DNA of 64,000 bases from Paragordius varius (Eukaryota > Animalia > Nematomorpha). Every line of letters starts with the position of its first letter. Within the stretch, counting starts at the first letter, position 1. Made by a program: the position numbers and the translations under genes. The notes under the pieces are model-generated. The model was not told the DNA's origin, ran no database searches, and saw only the letters and a program-made list of their open reading frames with translations. The stretch is taken from NCBI GenBank assembly GCA_964247055.1, contig OZ176051.1, forward strand, positions 1,674,001-1,738,000, in the 5' to 3' direction. This document shows, piece after piece, positions 40,401 to 53,717 of this stretch.

Positions 40401-42925
40401 TAAAAAAATTATTTCTTATGTCGGTGTGTGGATTGTGAGCCAAAATTAAAAATAAGACTAAAATTTGTTTATTCAGAAAAAATAAATAAGAAAAAGAGGC
40501 AAATAGGAATTATGAAACATATTTCCCACCTAATGACAATTTACGTAAAAAATCTTAATTTATTACTAAGAAAAAAAAGGTTATATCAAAATCATATGCC
40601 ATACACAGTGTCCACAAAAAAATCCTGATGAAATATATATATATATATATATTCTGAGAGAAAAGGTATCAGGATTATTTTGGTGGTTTTGGTTTTGTCT
40701 CTTACGCGTGCTTCAAAAGGTTATTCACATTTTTGTGGTAACTGCTCGGTATCAATGGCATAATTTGCGCACATTATGCTAAATAATATATTTTTTGGCA
40801 AGTGCTTTATTCCAAAAAATATCACTAAAATATCATAAACTACATATAAAAAACAAAACAAAATTTTTATAAAATTTAATTTTTAGATGTGAGTTTCGAC
40901 CAAACTTTTTCGCCCTTCTTCAATAATCGCAAAACACGAGATTGCACGATTTTATTTATATGATAAATTTGGACATCAAAAAAAGATATTTTGAAAATAT
41001 TAAAAAATTAAAATATCGTCTATGAGTTTTACCGTGTTTTGGAACAATGGAACAGTAAATAACGTTCTGGAATATTATTAAAACACTTTCATTATATAAT
41101 TTAAAACTGAACATTTCCATGGCTTTAGAATTTTTTAGCTTAAAGGTTGGTTTGTTTTCAAATTTTGATGATTTATGTAAAAAACACAATTAATATTTAA
41201 AACGGAAAAGACATCGCATATTTTAATTAAAATTCTGAGGTGATAGCAGTGATCAGCATTATCGAATTATATAGAAATACTGTTTTTGCTATATCTTAGC
41301 AAATATCCATCTGAAAAATCCATTTTAATGTCAAAGAGATATTTAATTTCATCGCGTAATCTTGGCACAGGCATCTTTATGTAAAACAACATAACTAGCC
41401 CATTTTAGAAGGGCGAAAAATATGGAACTCTCAGAGACTACATCTAAAAATTAAAATCATAGAAAAATATTGTTTAGCTTGTTATGTTAATATGAATAAT
41501 TTGAAATAAAGCATTTGGCTTTTACTCAAAAAAATAGTAATCCAAATGTGTGTAAATTTTGTTATTTTCTGATATGGCAATAAGGTGTAAATAGCCTTCT
41601 TAAGGGCCAAAAAACTAATAGAACCAAGTCAATCCCAATATATTTTCCTTTAAGAATTATATATTTTTATCCCGAATTTGGACGCAGTTATATATATCAA
41701 TTTTAAAAATAATATGTTACTGAAATATCAATTTAAAATATCATTTTTAGAATTATGATTGAAGTAAACTTTAACATAACCTAAATTAACTGAATTCAAA
41801 ATATGATCAATTCACTGAAATACCATAAATTAATTATGTCTTAGTTTTTTATTTCGAAGTCTCTTTTGCGTAGCCCTGGAAAAGACCATTAGCCTAAATC
41901 TTGCGGTGGAGTCTGAGATTTATAGTTCCGCCAGTACGCGTATGGCTGCATTCATAAACGTAACTACAAACCCCAATTCCATATACATTTCGAGCAGAAA
42001 ATAAAACATTATCCAAAAAAAGATCAATCTTATACCGCAAAATAAACTATTTAATTTTTTACAAATTGTTAGAATGCACAACATTTTTAGTACAAATAAA
42101 AATAATTTTTTTCGTAAACTACTGTACTTAACCGCCAACGAAGGTGGTTATAGTAGCAAAACATGCGCGCATTTTATAGTTTTTAACAAGCGTCATATAT
42201 GCATATTTTTGAAGAATAGCAGAAAGGGCAAAAAAACATTTTTGAGATATAAACTCATAGCATTTATTGAAGTTTTTCAAACTCAGTGCCACGTATGTTA
42301 TATAATAATTAATTTTTATCAAATATTGAGCCAAAATTTTTAAGGTGATGAAACTATTCGCTCTTAAATCGTTATTTTACCACAATTAGCATAATGATTT
42401 CGGGTTACACATAATAATTATAAACTATTTCTTAATTATTTGTAATAGTTGTAATTATATTTCGCGTACTTTTTTCGATCGGTAAAATATCTGTCCCGGT
42501 GTCCACCATAAATCCCGGTGAATATCCTTCCAAGCTGTGTTATGCTACTTATTTTGTTGGGAATCCATTTGCAAATATAATGGGATATTTACACAATATA
42601 ACTATTTTTTTAATTGATTTCTAACATTACATTTGAGATTAATTTATGATAAAAAACTCTTTACGAGTTTTAATGGTGTAACCTTTAGCGTTTATTATTT
42701 AATGTCAAACGAAGATTTGATTTTTTATTATTTATTTTAAGATAATTTCGTCTATCATTTTTTTGAGCCTTCTCGGAATTGATAAATTTAGCATATTTTT
42801 ACATGCATTTAGTAGAGTTTTCCCAAAAATTTTATCCTCTTTTGTATCCACCCTTAAAGTTAAATTAACCAAAAAATTGGCTGATTAAATCCATTGCAAC
42901 TTATTTACTTTTTAGTGTTAGCTCC

Positions 42926-45900
42926 ATGAGTAAAAAATACTATGCGGTACTTGATGCCGAGACGCAAGGTTGTGTCCTTTTTTTATTTTTAGAATCTTTT
43001 ATTTTTGATTCTATAGAAAATGCAAACACTGCTATAAAAAATAAACAATCCGCACGTTTTAAGATTTTTCCTGATAAAATATCCGCTCAACAACATATCA
43101 GCATTTTTTCAAGCTTAGTTTATAATGAAACTATAGAAGGGCCTAAAAGTATCATAGGTATATAAATTCATTAATATTAGGAGAAAAGCCTTTACCTTTT
43201 AAATCACCTTCGGTGTCTGAATTTAGTGCTTTTAAACAATATTTTAACAAAGGTGAAATTGATAAATGTTTGGAAATGATTAATGATAACCCCCGATATT
43301 TGATATCCTATGGAGATACTCCAGTTATAATGCAAGTTATTAATAATCATTCTTAACTAAGTTTTTTTTCTATTAAAGAATATGTTTGGATTAATATAGT
43401 TAAGATAATATTTGTTTTTAATTTGATTGAAAAATATTTATATAGGTAACGTATATAAATTAATTATTCAAATATAGTGTTAAAGGTTAAAATTTTATGC
43501 TTTTTTGGGATAACTACCCCAGAGTAGAAAATATAACAATATATTAATTATTATATATATATATATATATTAAACCCTAAATATATCGTAAATATATAAT
43601 AAAATTTAAATGTTTTATTGTAGTTGGCTCATTATCTCCAAAACCCTAAAATTACAATCATTAAACGATAATAACCTATAAAAGTATGACCTAATTTGAA
43701 AAATAAAAAAATTTTTATGATGATAAGCATGTAGTTTATAGGCTTTTTATAAAAATATTTTTTATATTAGGTCTAACACAAATGGCTTCACGCCGCAGAA
43801 AATATATGGCGTTTATTATCATTTAATTAGGTTTGGATCATTTAACTGTCAAATGCAAACATTATACAATAAATCTAGTGGCGTTAGCATTTCGACAGAT
43901 TTTTTCATAAAATTTGTTTAAAATACTAATTTTTGCAAATTCAGATCTCTAATAGATTGGTTTATTAATTGTATATGTAGGAAGGTGCTCGTTACCACAT
44001 TCTACATTTATGTGCTCGGAATTGTAAGGCTTTTTCCGCTCTCCTATGTGCTAGCATAATTGACTTCTTGGGAAATGACGCCTTTTATGCCAAACTTTAT
44101 CCGGAGGATTCGTTGGAAAGTTTAGAGAGACGCAAAATGTTTCTCACTGATTTATATCTTAACAATCCTGACAAAATTGTATGTATTATCGAATAATAAT
44201 TATATAGAGTATGCATTTTAAGGCTGGCTTATTCACACTATAATTGGTCAATTGGCAACACAGCAGTGTATGGAAAAAAAACAAAATGTAGACTTACATT
44301 ACTTTGTTTATTTTATTTAACAACATTTGGTTATTTTTATTCTGTTGTGTTGCCAATCAACCAGAGTGAATAAACCAGCATTCCAATGTAAATTGTATAT
44401 AGTGTTTAATATTAAAAATGCTTTTAAATATGAATTTTTCATTCTTTTTTAGTTGTGTGAAACACCCTTACATATGGCCTCAAAATTTGGAAATGTGAGC
44501 ATAGCTAAATTGCTAATACAACATCCCTTAATCGATAAAACATGCCTTAATATTAATGGCCAAAATTGTCAACAGGTTTACTTTGGCATTCTTAATAATT
44601 TCAATTGTTTTATATTTTCTTATATTCTTAAATGTTTTGTTATTTTCATTATTCTAGATAAAGTTCCATAAGTTAATAAATGTGTAAAAAATGCAAGTCA
44701 CATATTTTATATTTTTTCGATTGTATTAAAAGTAAAATTTGGACTTACACATTAAGTTTGAAATATTTTTTTTATAAACAAAAGAAAATATCATTAACAC
44801 ATTGAAATGATAAACCACAAAATTACTTAAAGATAAAAGGTGTGTTTTTTAAAAAAGAAATTCATAAAATATGAAAAAATTGGTTTACTCTATCGCTAAA
44901 AAACAAAAACTGAAGTCAATTCATATATAAAAAATAGCTAAAAATTTGGCACATTAATATCATATAGTAAAAAACATTGATATATCTCACATATAGTTTT
45001 CATTTATTATGAAAATTAGATAATAAAATTAAAAGTAAATATAAATCTTTGTAATAATATTCCTAAAGTTTATTGTTAAAAATTAAATAAAACTATTTGT
45101 TGATTGTATAATGTTTAGTTTTTTTGCACAGACTCGGTATTTTCAAATTAAAATATGGAAAAAATATTATTCATTATTTATAAATTAAAAATAAGCTTTA
45201 CGTTTTAATAAAAATACTTCATTTTATTAAATGAAAGAATATTTCCAAAATTTTTATTCATAAAAATACCGTGTGAATGCAAAAATTAATTTTAAATAAA
45301 ATATTATTTTCAATTTTTATATATTGAATTTTTGGTAAAGTGCCATATATTATAATACAGAAAAATCAGCGAAAATGGCTATTTTACATTTTATATTTTG
45401 CTACAAATAGAATAAAAACATTATTAATGGCTGAAAAAATTAAATTTACCTACTATATAAAATGGGATTCATGTATTATTAACAACTTAAGCAGTTAAAT
45501 TTATTAAGGTAATATAATATGCTCTAAATCATAGAAAAATACCACAAAAAAAGCCCGCACAAAGCTTAACACACTTATAAAACAGTTTACCGTCATTCAG
45601 TGGCATTCAATAAATATAAGTTTACCATAATTAAATAAATTTAAAAATTATCAACTTTGACACAAAATTTGACAGACTATTGCTATTGTATATTTTAATA
45701 TAATTTTTGGATTGAAGTATTAAGATTTGTTGTATTTATAAAATTTGTAATTTAAGTTATTATAAATATTTAATTATGTAATATTAAAGTATACAACCCT
45801 GTTATATTTATAACTTTTAAATATTAATCGTTAAAATAACGCCCCTTTAAGATATCGTTTTTAAAATTATATATTAAATTTTCAATATATGTAATAATTC

Positions 45901-47949
45901 ACGAAAACTATTAAAATAAAAAAGGATTTTTATTAGTTTTATGTGGTAAATCAATATTGGATGTTTTTTTTAATTAAAAACACTTGGGCTCTTAAAAAAT
46001 CACTTATATCTGTAGCTTTTCTAAAATATCCCGTTTCAAACTTTTTTAGTATTTTTTGTTTACTTATAAATTATTAGGTTGTTTGTGAACGATATCACGG
46101 AGTCAATAAAGAACTTATTTCAAAACAGCTAAGTGTTATGTTTGAAGGTAGGTGTTTCAGTTTTATTATTTGAACATTTTGTAGATCCCTATTACGTTCC
46201 TGTAATAAGACCCAAACTTTCGAAATCATCGGGCGATGCTCTGTTAACGCCATACGTTGGGAAACCCTTTATGCCCAATTCGATTGGTAGACATTCTATT
46301 TTGATCAATAGCAATATATAGTTTGGAATTATTGACACAAAATATATTAAAGACTAATATTTTTCTTATTAAAAAAACTCTGTTTTTCGGTTGATTTTCT
46401 CTACGTAACCAAAATGTTAATGTGTTACCAATTTACATATCTAACTATGCCTTTGTTCGCAACGATAGTTTTAATTTAAATAATCATGGTTGATTATGGT
46501 TATTTTATGAAAAATACTACTAGTCTTTTACTATTTTGTGTTTTGTCCACATATAATATAATTTTTATTTTTACATGTCTATATTAGAGCATCAATTGGA
46601 TTGGGAAGAAATTGATGCGTTGGCTGGCCCTATGTCATTGGAAAAGGCCGACTCCTTCTATCATGTTTGGCGTTCGCACACAAAGAGAAAACATTTGAAA
46701 AAAGTTATGCAACGCAAAAACGTTTTACCAAATAAAACATTGAATGATAGCAACCACCATGATAAATTTAACAATTTAAACATTAGCTTAAACAATGAAG
46801 GTGTATATATAATAGTTTATACCAAATTTCAAAATGTAGTTTTTTTATTTTTTTGGCCAGAGAAAGTCATCAGCTGTGTAAGAATCCGATAAAATTTTGT
46901 GTCAAATCCTAAAATTGATTTTAAACAGTAAGCCGTTATTGAATGTAAATATTATTAGTCCTACACTTTTTGCGTTTTGTCTTTTTAGTTTTTATTTTAT
47001 TCATATATCATCCAAACTTTTATTTGATAGCCGATGTTTTTTTGCGCGACGTTGAGAAGGGTTTGGAAAGGGTCGGAAGACGCTTAGCCCGCTTAGAGAA
47101 TGTCGGATGGAAAGAAAAATGGAAATTTCTTCAAAAACACCCCGCAAATTTGACCACAAAATCTTCTTTTTTTAAAGTTAAAGGTTTATTTTTGCTTATA
47201 ATATGATGGATATATATTAATATTACTCCCTACATGCTTTATATGCCTTTTGTAAACCAGCCTCAACGCTTATTTATTTATTAACAATTTTATATAAAAA
47301 TATTTTTTTAGGACTAAATCTGGATTTTTTTTAAAAAATATAATCTAAATTGCATAAGTGATATACATCTAAAGCAAATATATTAAAATCATTTTGGCTA
47401 AAAACAAGGAACACTAAAAAAACAAATTTAACTTAAGATTATGCTACTATGCAACTTTTTTATTTTTAAAATGCTTAAAAATAAATTTAAAGCAGTTTTT
47501 AATGTTAAAATGAAAAGTTCTGAGTGTGGTTTGAAAATTTGGGTTTCATTGAAAAAGATAATATTTAAATAAAGTATTGTTATGTTTTTTATTTTGATTC
47601 AGATGAAGATATACAGAATTTTTTGATATCGCTCTGGCTTTTTTATAGATGAAATGTTCTAATAAGTTGTTTTCGCAAGGAATTTTTATCCATGGTTTCG
47701 GAGCTTTGTCCAATATATTTGCCAATTTTTGAACTCAAGATAAATTTGTCATATATTTTTTTGCAAGACATCATAAAATAAATATTTTATTTACTGGAAT
47801 TTTACTATAGGTGATCCAGCCGCCACGAAAAATAGCAGTAGGGCTTTGTTGGAGAACTATTAAAATCCAGCAAAATCCAATATTTAAACCTATCATTGCA
47901 GATATAACATAAATTGATAAATTAAATAAAAAAATTTATTTAGAAATTA

Positions 47950-47986
<37 letters not shown>

Positions 47987-50373
47987 TAGAAATATGCGAC
48001 AACTTTTTGTGATAATTTGTAGTTCTGTCTTTTTACAAGTTTGGCTGTATTTGTCTTTACTTAATAATTCGCCGCATTCAACTATAATTTTGTTGAAACT
48101 TGTTTGCGTTTACCATTTTTGTAAATATTGTTTACACATTTCAATAATATAATTAGAAGATCTTAAGACAAAACCCTAAGAGTAAGTGATTTGAAATTTT
48201 CGACAAAGAAAACCATACATATAAATTATCACAATTAAAAATCATAATTGAGTATGAATTTATCTACATTTTTTTCCATTCCCTATTTAGTAAATCAGTT
48301 TATAAAAATATCAAGCGGTAAAATTATTTTCTGTGAAGAATATTCTATTTTTGTGTTTTATCTAGTTTATTACTATTTCGAAATTTGTGTCTCAATTTTG
48401 GATACTAAAACTCATATGCTTTGAAAAGATTTGATTAATTTTTCTAATAAATATGTAAAATTTCTATTTTTATTCGTTCCTAGATGTATCACAAAGTTCA
48501 TTAGCAGTAAATATTACAACAGATCAAGGCAATAAAATTGATTCATTGGAAGATCTTTCCTCGCCTCTTGGTTTAAGTAAGCACAGTGTCATTACATTAT
48601 ATATTTATTTTAAACATGGGCGTAAATATGAAAGTTTTAATATTTTTTTTAAAAAGAGCCTTAAAAACTAAAATTTTGTCAATTTATTTTTGTAGCTTAA
48701 TTTTTTATATATATGAAGTGTTTTGTAATGTCTGTTAAGGCATTAATAATTTTAAGATTATAAATACAGTATGCATTTTAATGGCTGCTTATTTTACACT
48801 ATAGTTCAATTTGCAACAATAGTGTATAAAAATTGTTTAATTGTTTTTTTCCATACACTACTGTGTTGCGAATTGCCCAACTATAGTATGAAATAAGCAA
48901 CCATTAAATGCATACTGTAATTCATATGATAAAAAAATATTTCTACTTTATGCCTTTTATTATGAATTTTTTGTTAAATGTCCTTTGTATTATAATATGA
49001 TAGCCAAATTACAGTCATTTTTGAAAGAATTAAGTTTTCAAAAATGGTTGCAACAACGAACCTCCCTATCATCAAACGAAATTCAAGAATCTTTTACATC
49101 ACAACTTTTCATGAATGGTATGTTTTTTCTTTTATTTAATGTATAAAGAATGTCCAACCACCAAAAATGATACCAAAGAATATATTTTTGGACAAAACAG
49201 CGGGCTTTTTACTTCATTCCATTATCTCTCAAAAGTATCTGGGTCAGAATCTATGCAAAGCAAAACACCACATAAAACTAGTAATACGCATAAACCTGAC
49301 CATTTTGAATCTTACTCACCAAATATGTGGCGAGATAGTGTTGATATAGCTAACAATCCAACCGATTCTAAAAGTATTTTTGAATTTTCCGTTAAATATG
49401 CGTTTTCCAAACCTCTAAGTTTTTGGGAATGTAATTTTTCCTACTATATAACATTGTACAAATCAAACTTTAATTCTTAATAATTTTTAGCATCAAAATA
49501 TTTTTAAACACAGTAGTTATGACAAAGCCTCAGCAAGAAAATTTTGCCATGAGCGGATTGGAAAAGCACGCAGATGCACTCCAAAATTTATGTGAAACAT
49601 TCAGTCATTTATCTCTTCAAACCAATCAACTGCCTACAAAACCTGAATCACACCTTAACCATTTACACGGCACACAGGAGGCACTAACTAATACATCGCC
49701 GTTAAAACGTGATTTCGGAAAGCTTTCGCTCCATCATTCATCGTTGGAACAACGTCGTGACTCAAGTCCATCCAAAAAAATTCATACTTCACTCAATGTT
49801 GAATCCCTACTAAACAACAACAACAATAGTAGAAATGGTGAATCTTGGCTAACAAAAATATCGTACATACCTAACCTCGTGACAAAATATTTATTATCAT
49901 CACCCGCAATGATAAAAAATCGTGGAATTAGCCACAAAATAAAGAAATATGATGAGACGTCAGGGGCAGTAAGTTCAGACACGGACAATTACCAAACTCC
50001 ACCGGAGTCACCAGCACTCTTGTCCAACAATGATAAGATGACACATACCTGTTTTTATGCATCAACCCCATATGCCAATAAAACGACATCTCGACCGCAA
50101 TTATTACTTGATACTAGCGAACAAGACTATAATGATCCCAAAGAATGTGTTTTGTTTCTAAGCGCCACCAATAAACCAAATAAGGTAGATTTTGATGTCT
50201 ATCATTACTTTGCTACCTTTTTCCATGAGGTAGTGGATGGGGAAAAGAATGGTAAACTGCTTCATGATCCAAAATGCAAAATAAATTTTGATGCATTAAC
50301 CGAGCACTATCCTTACATACGTAAATGGTTCAATGATGTACAAAACTATAAGGCGCATCAAAATGGTTTATGA
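42926..50373 (+). CDS. ANKLE2: ANKLE2/LEM-4 family protein: caulimovirus-viroplasmin/RNase H1-N-like domain, ankyrin repeats, conserved C-terminal domain. Multi-exon; exons between ~47.2 and 49.5 kb are uncertain
   Basis: Exons give YYAV...ARFKIF, NPRYLISYGDTPVIMQ|EGARYHILH, DLYLNNPDK, ETPLHMASKFGN, YYVPVIR, LAGPMSLEKA, KGLERVGRRLA...WKEKWKFL and a terminal KPNKVDFDVY...YPYIRKW. Order and phases match the ANKLE2 family. Confidence 0.9.
44205..44395. mobile_element. Decayed Tc1/mariner-like MITE in an ANKLE2 intron
   Basis: Imperfect inverted repeats. The left end GTATGCATTTTAAGGCTGGCTTATT resembles the element at 48767. Confidence 0.45.
48767..48917. mobile_element. Tc1/mariner-like MITE (151 bp hairpin) with TA target duplication
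   Basis: TA|CAGTATGCATTT...AAATGCATACTG|TA with inverted homology over most of its length. Confidence 0.7.
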
Positions 50374-50613
50374 CGCAAAATATATATTATTATAATTATA
50401 TTTAATTTGTTGTTGGTAATATAACTAATATAGTGTGAAATAAAAGATATTATACAATTGTGATTAGCTCTTTAATATATATATAGTTAAAAATGCCCAT
50501 GCATATATATTACAAATGAATCACCAGGTTTTGTTGTTAAAATATTGCAACCAAAACGTTTTTTTTCAATAAAAAAAGGGTAAAATTTTGAGCAAAATTT
50601 TTTCACATATAGT

Positions 50614-53530
50614 TTATTTGATTAAATTATCATGATGTTGTTCCATATGTTTTTTTGAGAGATCAATATATTGGGAAATATGGCCTTCGGATGTTTCCTC
50701 CAAGTGTGAGTATCCATTTAACCTGAGTTCTGAAGCAAAATATTCCACAGTTTTGAGAATGCCCTCTCTCAAAGATACCTATTATAAGTTTTTTAATGTG
50801 AAAATTATTTTTAATTAATTATATATGTCAACTTTCGGTTCCCAATTCAAAATTTGTTTAGCTATTGTGATATCAGGACATCTTCGTTGGGGATCATCTT
50901 GCATTGCTTCTCTGAAAACGATTTCACTCGTGGATTTGGCTATACGTTAAGTAGATGATTGATATACAGTAAAAATTAATTGAAAATTTACAGGCAAAAT
51001 ATAAATTGTTAACAATCTAATTATAGAATTTATGTAAAAATTATTTTAAAAATTATTGGTTGTTTTTTTTAATTAATTTTCTTTTAATTTCTAAATTTTT
51101 ACTGTGCAAATATAAAAATGATATATACGAATTAATCGTTTGACAAATTTCGCAAATTCATAAATCGTAATCTCTTGCGGATTTCCCAAGTTAACCGGCT
51201 TCGTGTAATCTGAGTTCATGAGTGCTATGAGGCCATCTACCAAATCATCCACATACTGAAAAGAACGTGTTTGGTTTCCTTTTCCATAAATCTATAATTA
51301 TATGTAGATTAAATTTATCGAATCTTCAATCTTATCAGCCGTAATATAAACCTTTTGGGATGTTTTTAAAACCAAAAATATTGAAATAAACAAATGAATT
51401 TTTTTAAAATATAAGTATGAATTAACTATATACGCACGCATATTATGTAAATAAATGTGTTATTTACAAAAATGTAGATAATGTGATTCCTTCCATCAAT
51501 TTTTATAGTGAGTGTTTTATGATCAATTATAAAACATATATTTGGGTACTGTTTGAGATAAATTTTTTATAGTAAATATTTTTTAAATATTACTCTTACC
51601 CATTGCATTTTTTATTTTTGAAACCAAATTTTGGGCAATGGTAGTCTTATCGATCTGGGATTGAAGTTTTAATATGTAATGTTTAATCATTTATTAATAT
51701 ATTATGTTATTATAATTTTTTAGGTATTATAACCAAAGCGGTGAATAAATAAACCGATAAAAATGTTATATTTACTGATAGTTAAGTCTTTAATAGATTA
51801 TATCTTTTTCAGTATTGATTAGGATATTTAAATTTAGGTAAAAAACAAAAATTTAATTTTTACGGTGATGGATTCATTTTGAAGGACTTGAAGAATAATG
51901 TTAGAAACAACGCGTCCGTCATTCATATGCATTCGTGGTCCGTAAGTGTTGAAAATGCGCGCAACGCGGATATCCACATTATCCTATCGAATAAAAAGAT
52001 AAAATTATTCATGAAACTTTCCTTAAAATCATGCTATAAAACAAACACTTTTGGAAAGAAAGTAATTATATTAAATATAATGAGAAAAAAGTAATAAACT
52101 AATACATTTATAAAGAACAACATAATTTACATTCCTTGATTTTACCCATATGCTTACTGTTAACCATAAAATTTGTTTAATCAATTAATAATTTATTATC
52201 CTTATTTTATAAAAATCAAATCGTTTATCTCAAGAAAATAAAGGTATCCATAAAATATCATTTTTTTGTGATGTATGTAAAACCAAGTTATTTTATTGAA
52301 AAATTCAAACAACCTGGTTGGCATATGCATAGCAGAGAGTTTCAGCCACGCGTTTCCCCTCATCATAACAGGACCGTGGACCGATTGAATTAACGTTACC
52401 CCAATAGGTTTCAGGTTGGGGATGGACTGTAGGATCTCCATAAACTTCACTCGTGGACGCTAAAAGAAGTCGCGCTTTAACACGTTTAGCCAAACCTAAA
52501 CCAACATATATAAACATAATAAATTAATGCTACTTTTGAAATAAGTGAGAAAAAAAGACATTAAAGAAAATTACCAAGGAGATTTATAGTTCCAAGCGCA
52601 TTGGTTTTGACAGTCTTAACTGGATTGAGCATATAGTGGGGAGGAGAGGCCGGAGAGGCGAGGTGATAAATTTGATCGACTAAAATGCACATAAATAAAT
52701 CTTGAGTCTCACAATATAAATCAATAAAAAAACATGATAATTTACCTTCAATATAAATGGGATTTACAATATCATGCATAATGTAATTGAAGTTTGGATG
52801 TGAAATCCAATGTTCCACATTAAGTTTTCGCCCTGTAAAAAAATTGTCGGTAACTGTGACCTCGTGGCCAGCTAACATTAAACGATCCACCAGGTGAGAG
52901 CCAACAAAACCAGCCCCTCCCACAACCTTTTAAATATAAAATGAATTCCAAATATTAAATAATAATTTGTAAAGTATTTAGAAAAATAATTAAAACTTAC
53001 TAGTATACGTTTACGCTCTTTATAATTCAGCTTTGGTATTTCGGGAAACGTTTTGAGACTAATAACAAAAAAGTGTAAATAAATTGATGTAAAATTTTGC
53101 CTTTAGATTGTCACAACAATATGACCTTCTCTAATAAAATGACATTTACAATATTAGCTATTGTGAACAATATATAAAACTTATCTAATGTTTTAATATT
53201 ACTCATAGCTGTTTATTTAATAATAAATATCAGCATACCTAGTTTCGATTTGATGGATGCGATTTTTTAAAGATTGAATTTCATATTCTACATTGCTAAT
53301 ATAATAAATTAACATGTTGGTGAAAATAGGTAATATTTACCTCATAATAAATGCCATATTTGAATGCAATTTGCTGTCTAAATTGTTTTTGTAAAATTTA
53401 GAATTATTTGATAGTTCAGTTACAGCTTCAAAAGGTATGTTATATGCTAGTAAAATAACTAATTAATGAATCATAAATTAAAAATACCGAAAAACAATAG
53501 GACCAACATGGTAAACATAGTATACTTCAT
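50614..53530 (-). CDS. UXS1: UDP-glucuronate decarboxylase (UDP-xylose synthase). Eleven exons: 53530-53488, 53458-53341, 53295-53239, 53058-53001, 52926-52746, 52679-52575, 52495-52314, 51983-51864, 51291-51129, 50939-50833, 50778-50614
   Basis: N-terminal hydrophobic anchor, then [75 protein letters not shown] and [10 protein letters not shown]. All introns are GT-AG and in phase. Confidence 0.96.
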
Positions 53531-53717
53531 ATTTGAATGTATTTTTTTAATAAACATGATATTAGTATAATAATTTAAAAATATAATTATCGCTATCACT
53601 GGTAAAATTATAATGTAATAAATGTTCATTTGTGGACATGGCAAATTCAAAAATACACAAGGGTGGTGATGCAAAAATGTGCATATGACATATTTATTTG
53701 TTCGGTAATTTAATTTA
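53531..53717. promoter_or_regulatory. Putative bidirectional promoter between UXS1 and POLD2
   Basis: Only 187 bp separate the two divergent start codons. No specific motif was identified. Confidence 0.5.

Larger units (their letters stand above)
26225..42260. repeat. Right arm of the ~32 kb inverted segmental duplication
   Basis: Reverse complement of 10350-22985 with arm-specific insertions at 28351-28754, 36237-36813, ~37590-38969 and ~40175-40950. Confidence 0.9.

Noticed and set aside
10350-42260. Palindrome as a pure assembly or amplification foldback artefact, or as a giant transposon with long TIRs
   Set aside because: The arms differ by many substitutions, independent pseudogene lesions and a TSD-bearing insertion, and the flanking genes are not mirrored. 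No transposase, defined termini or TSD were found. Haplotype misjoin is not fully excluded without reads.
42926-43165. Caulimovirus viroplasmin-like domain as evidence of viral insertion or HGT
   Set aside because: It is the normal N-terminal-region domain of ANKLE2 and is spliced in frame to the ankyrin exons.
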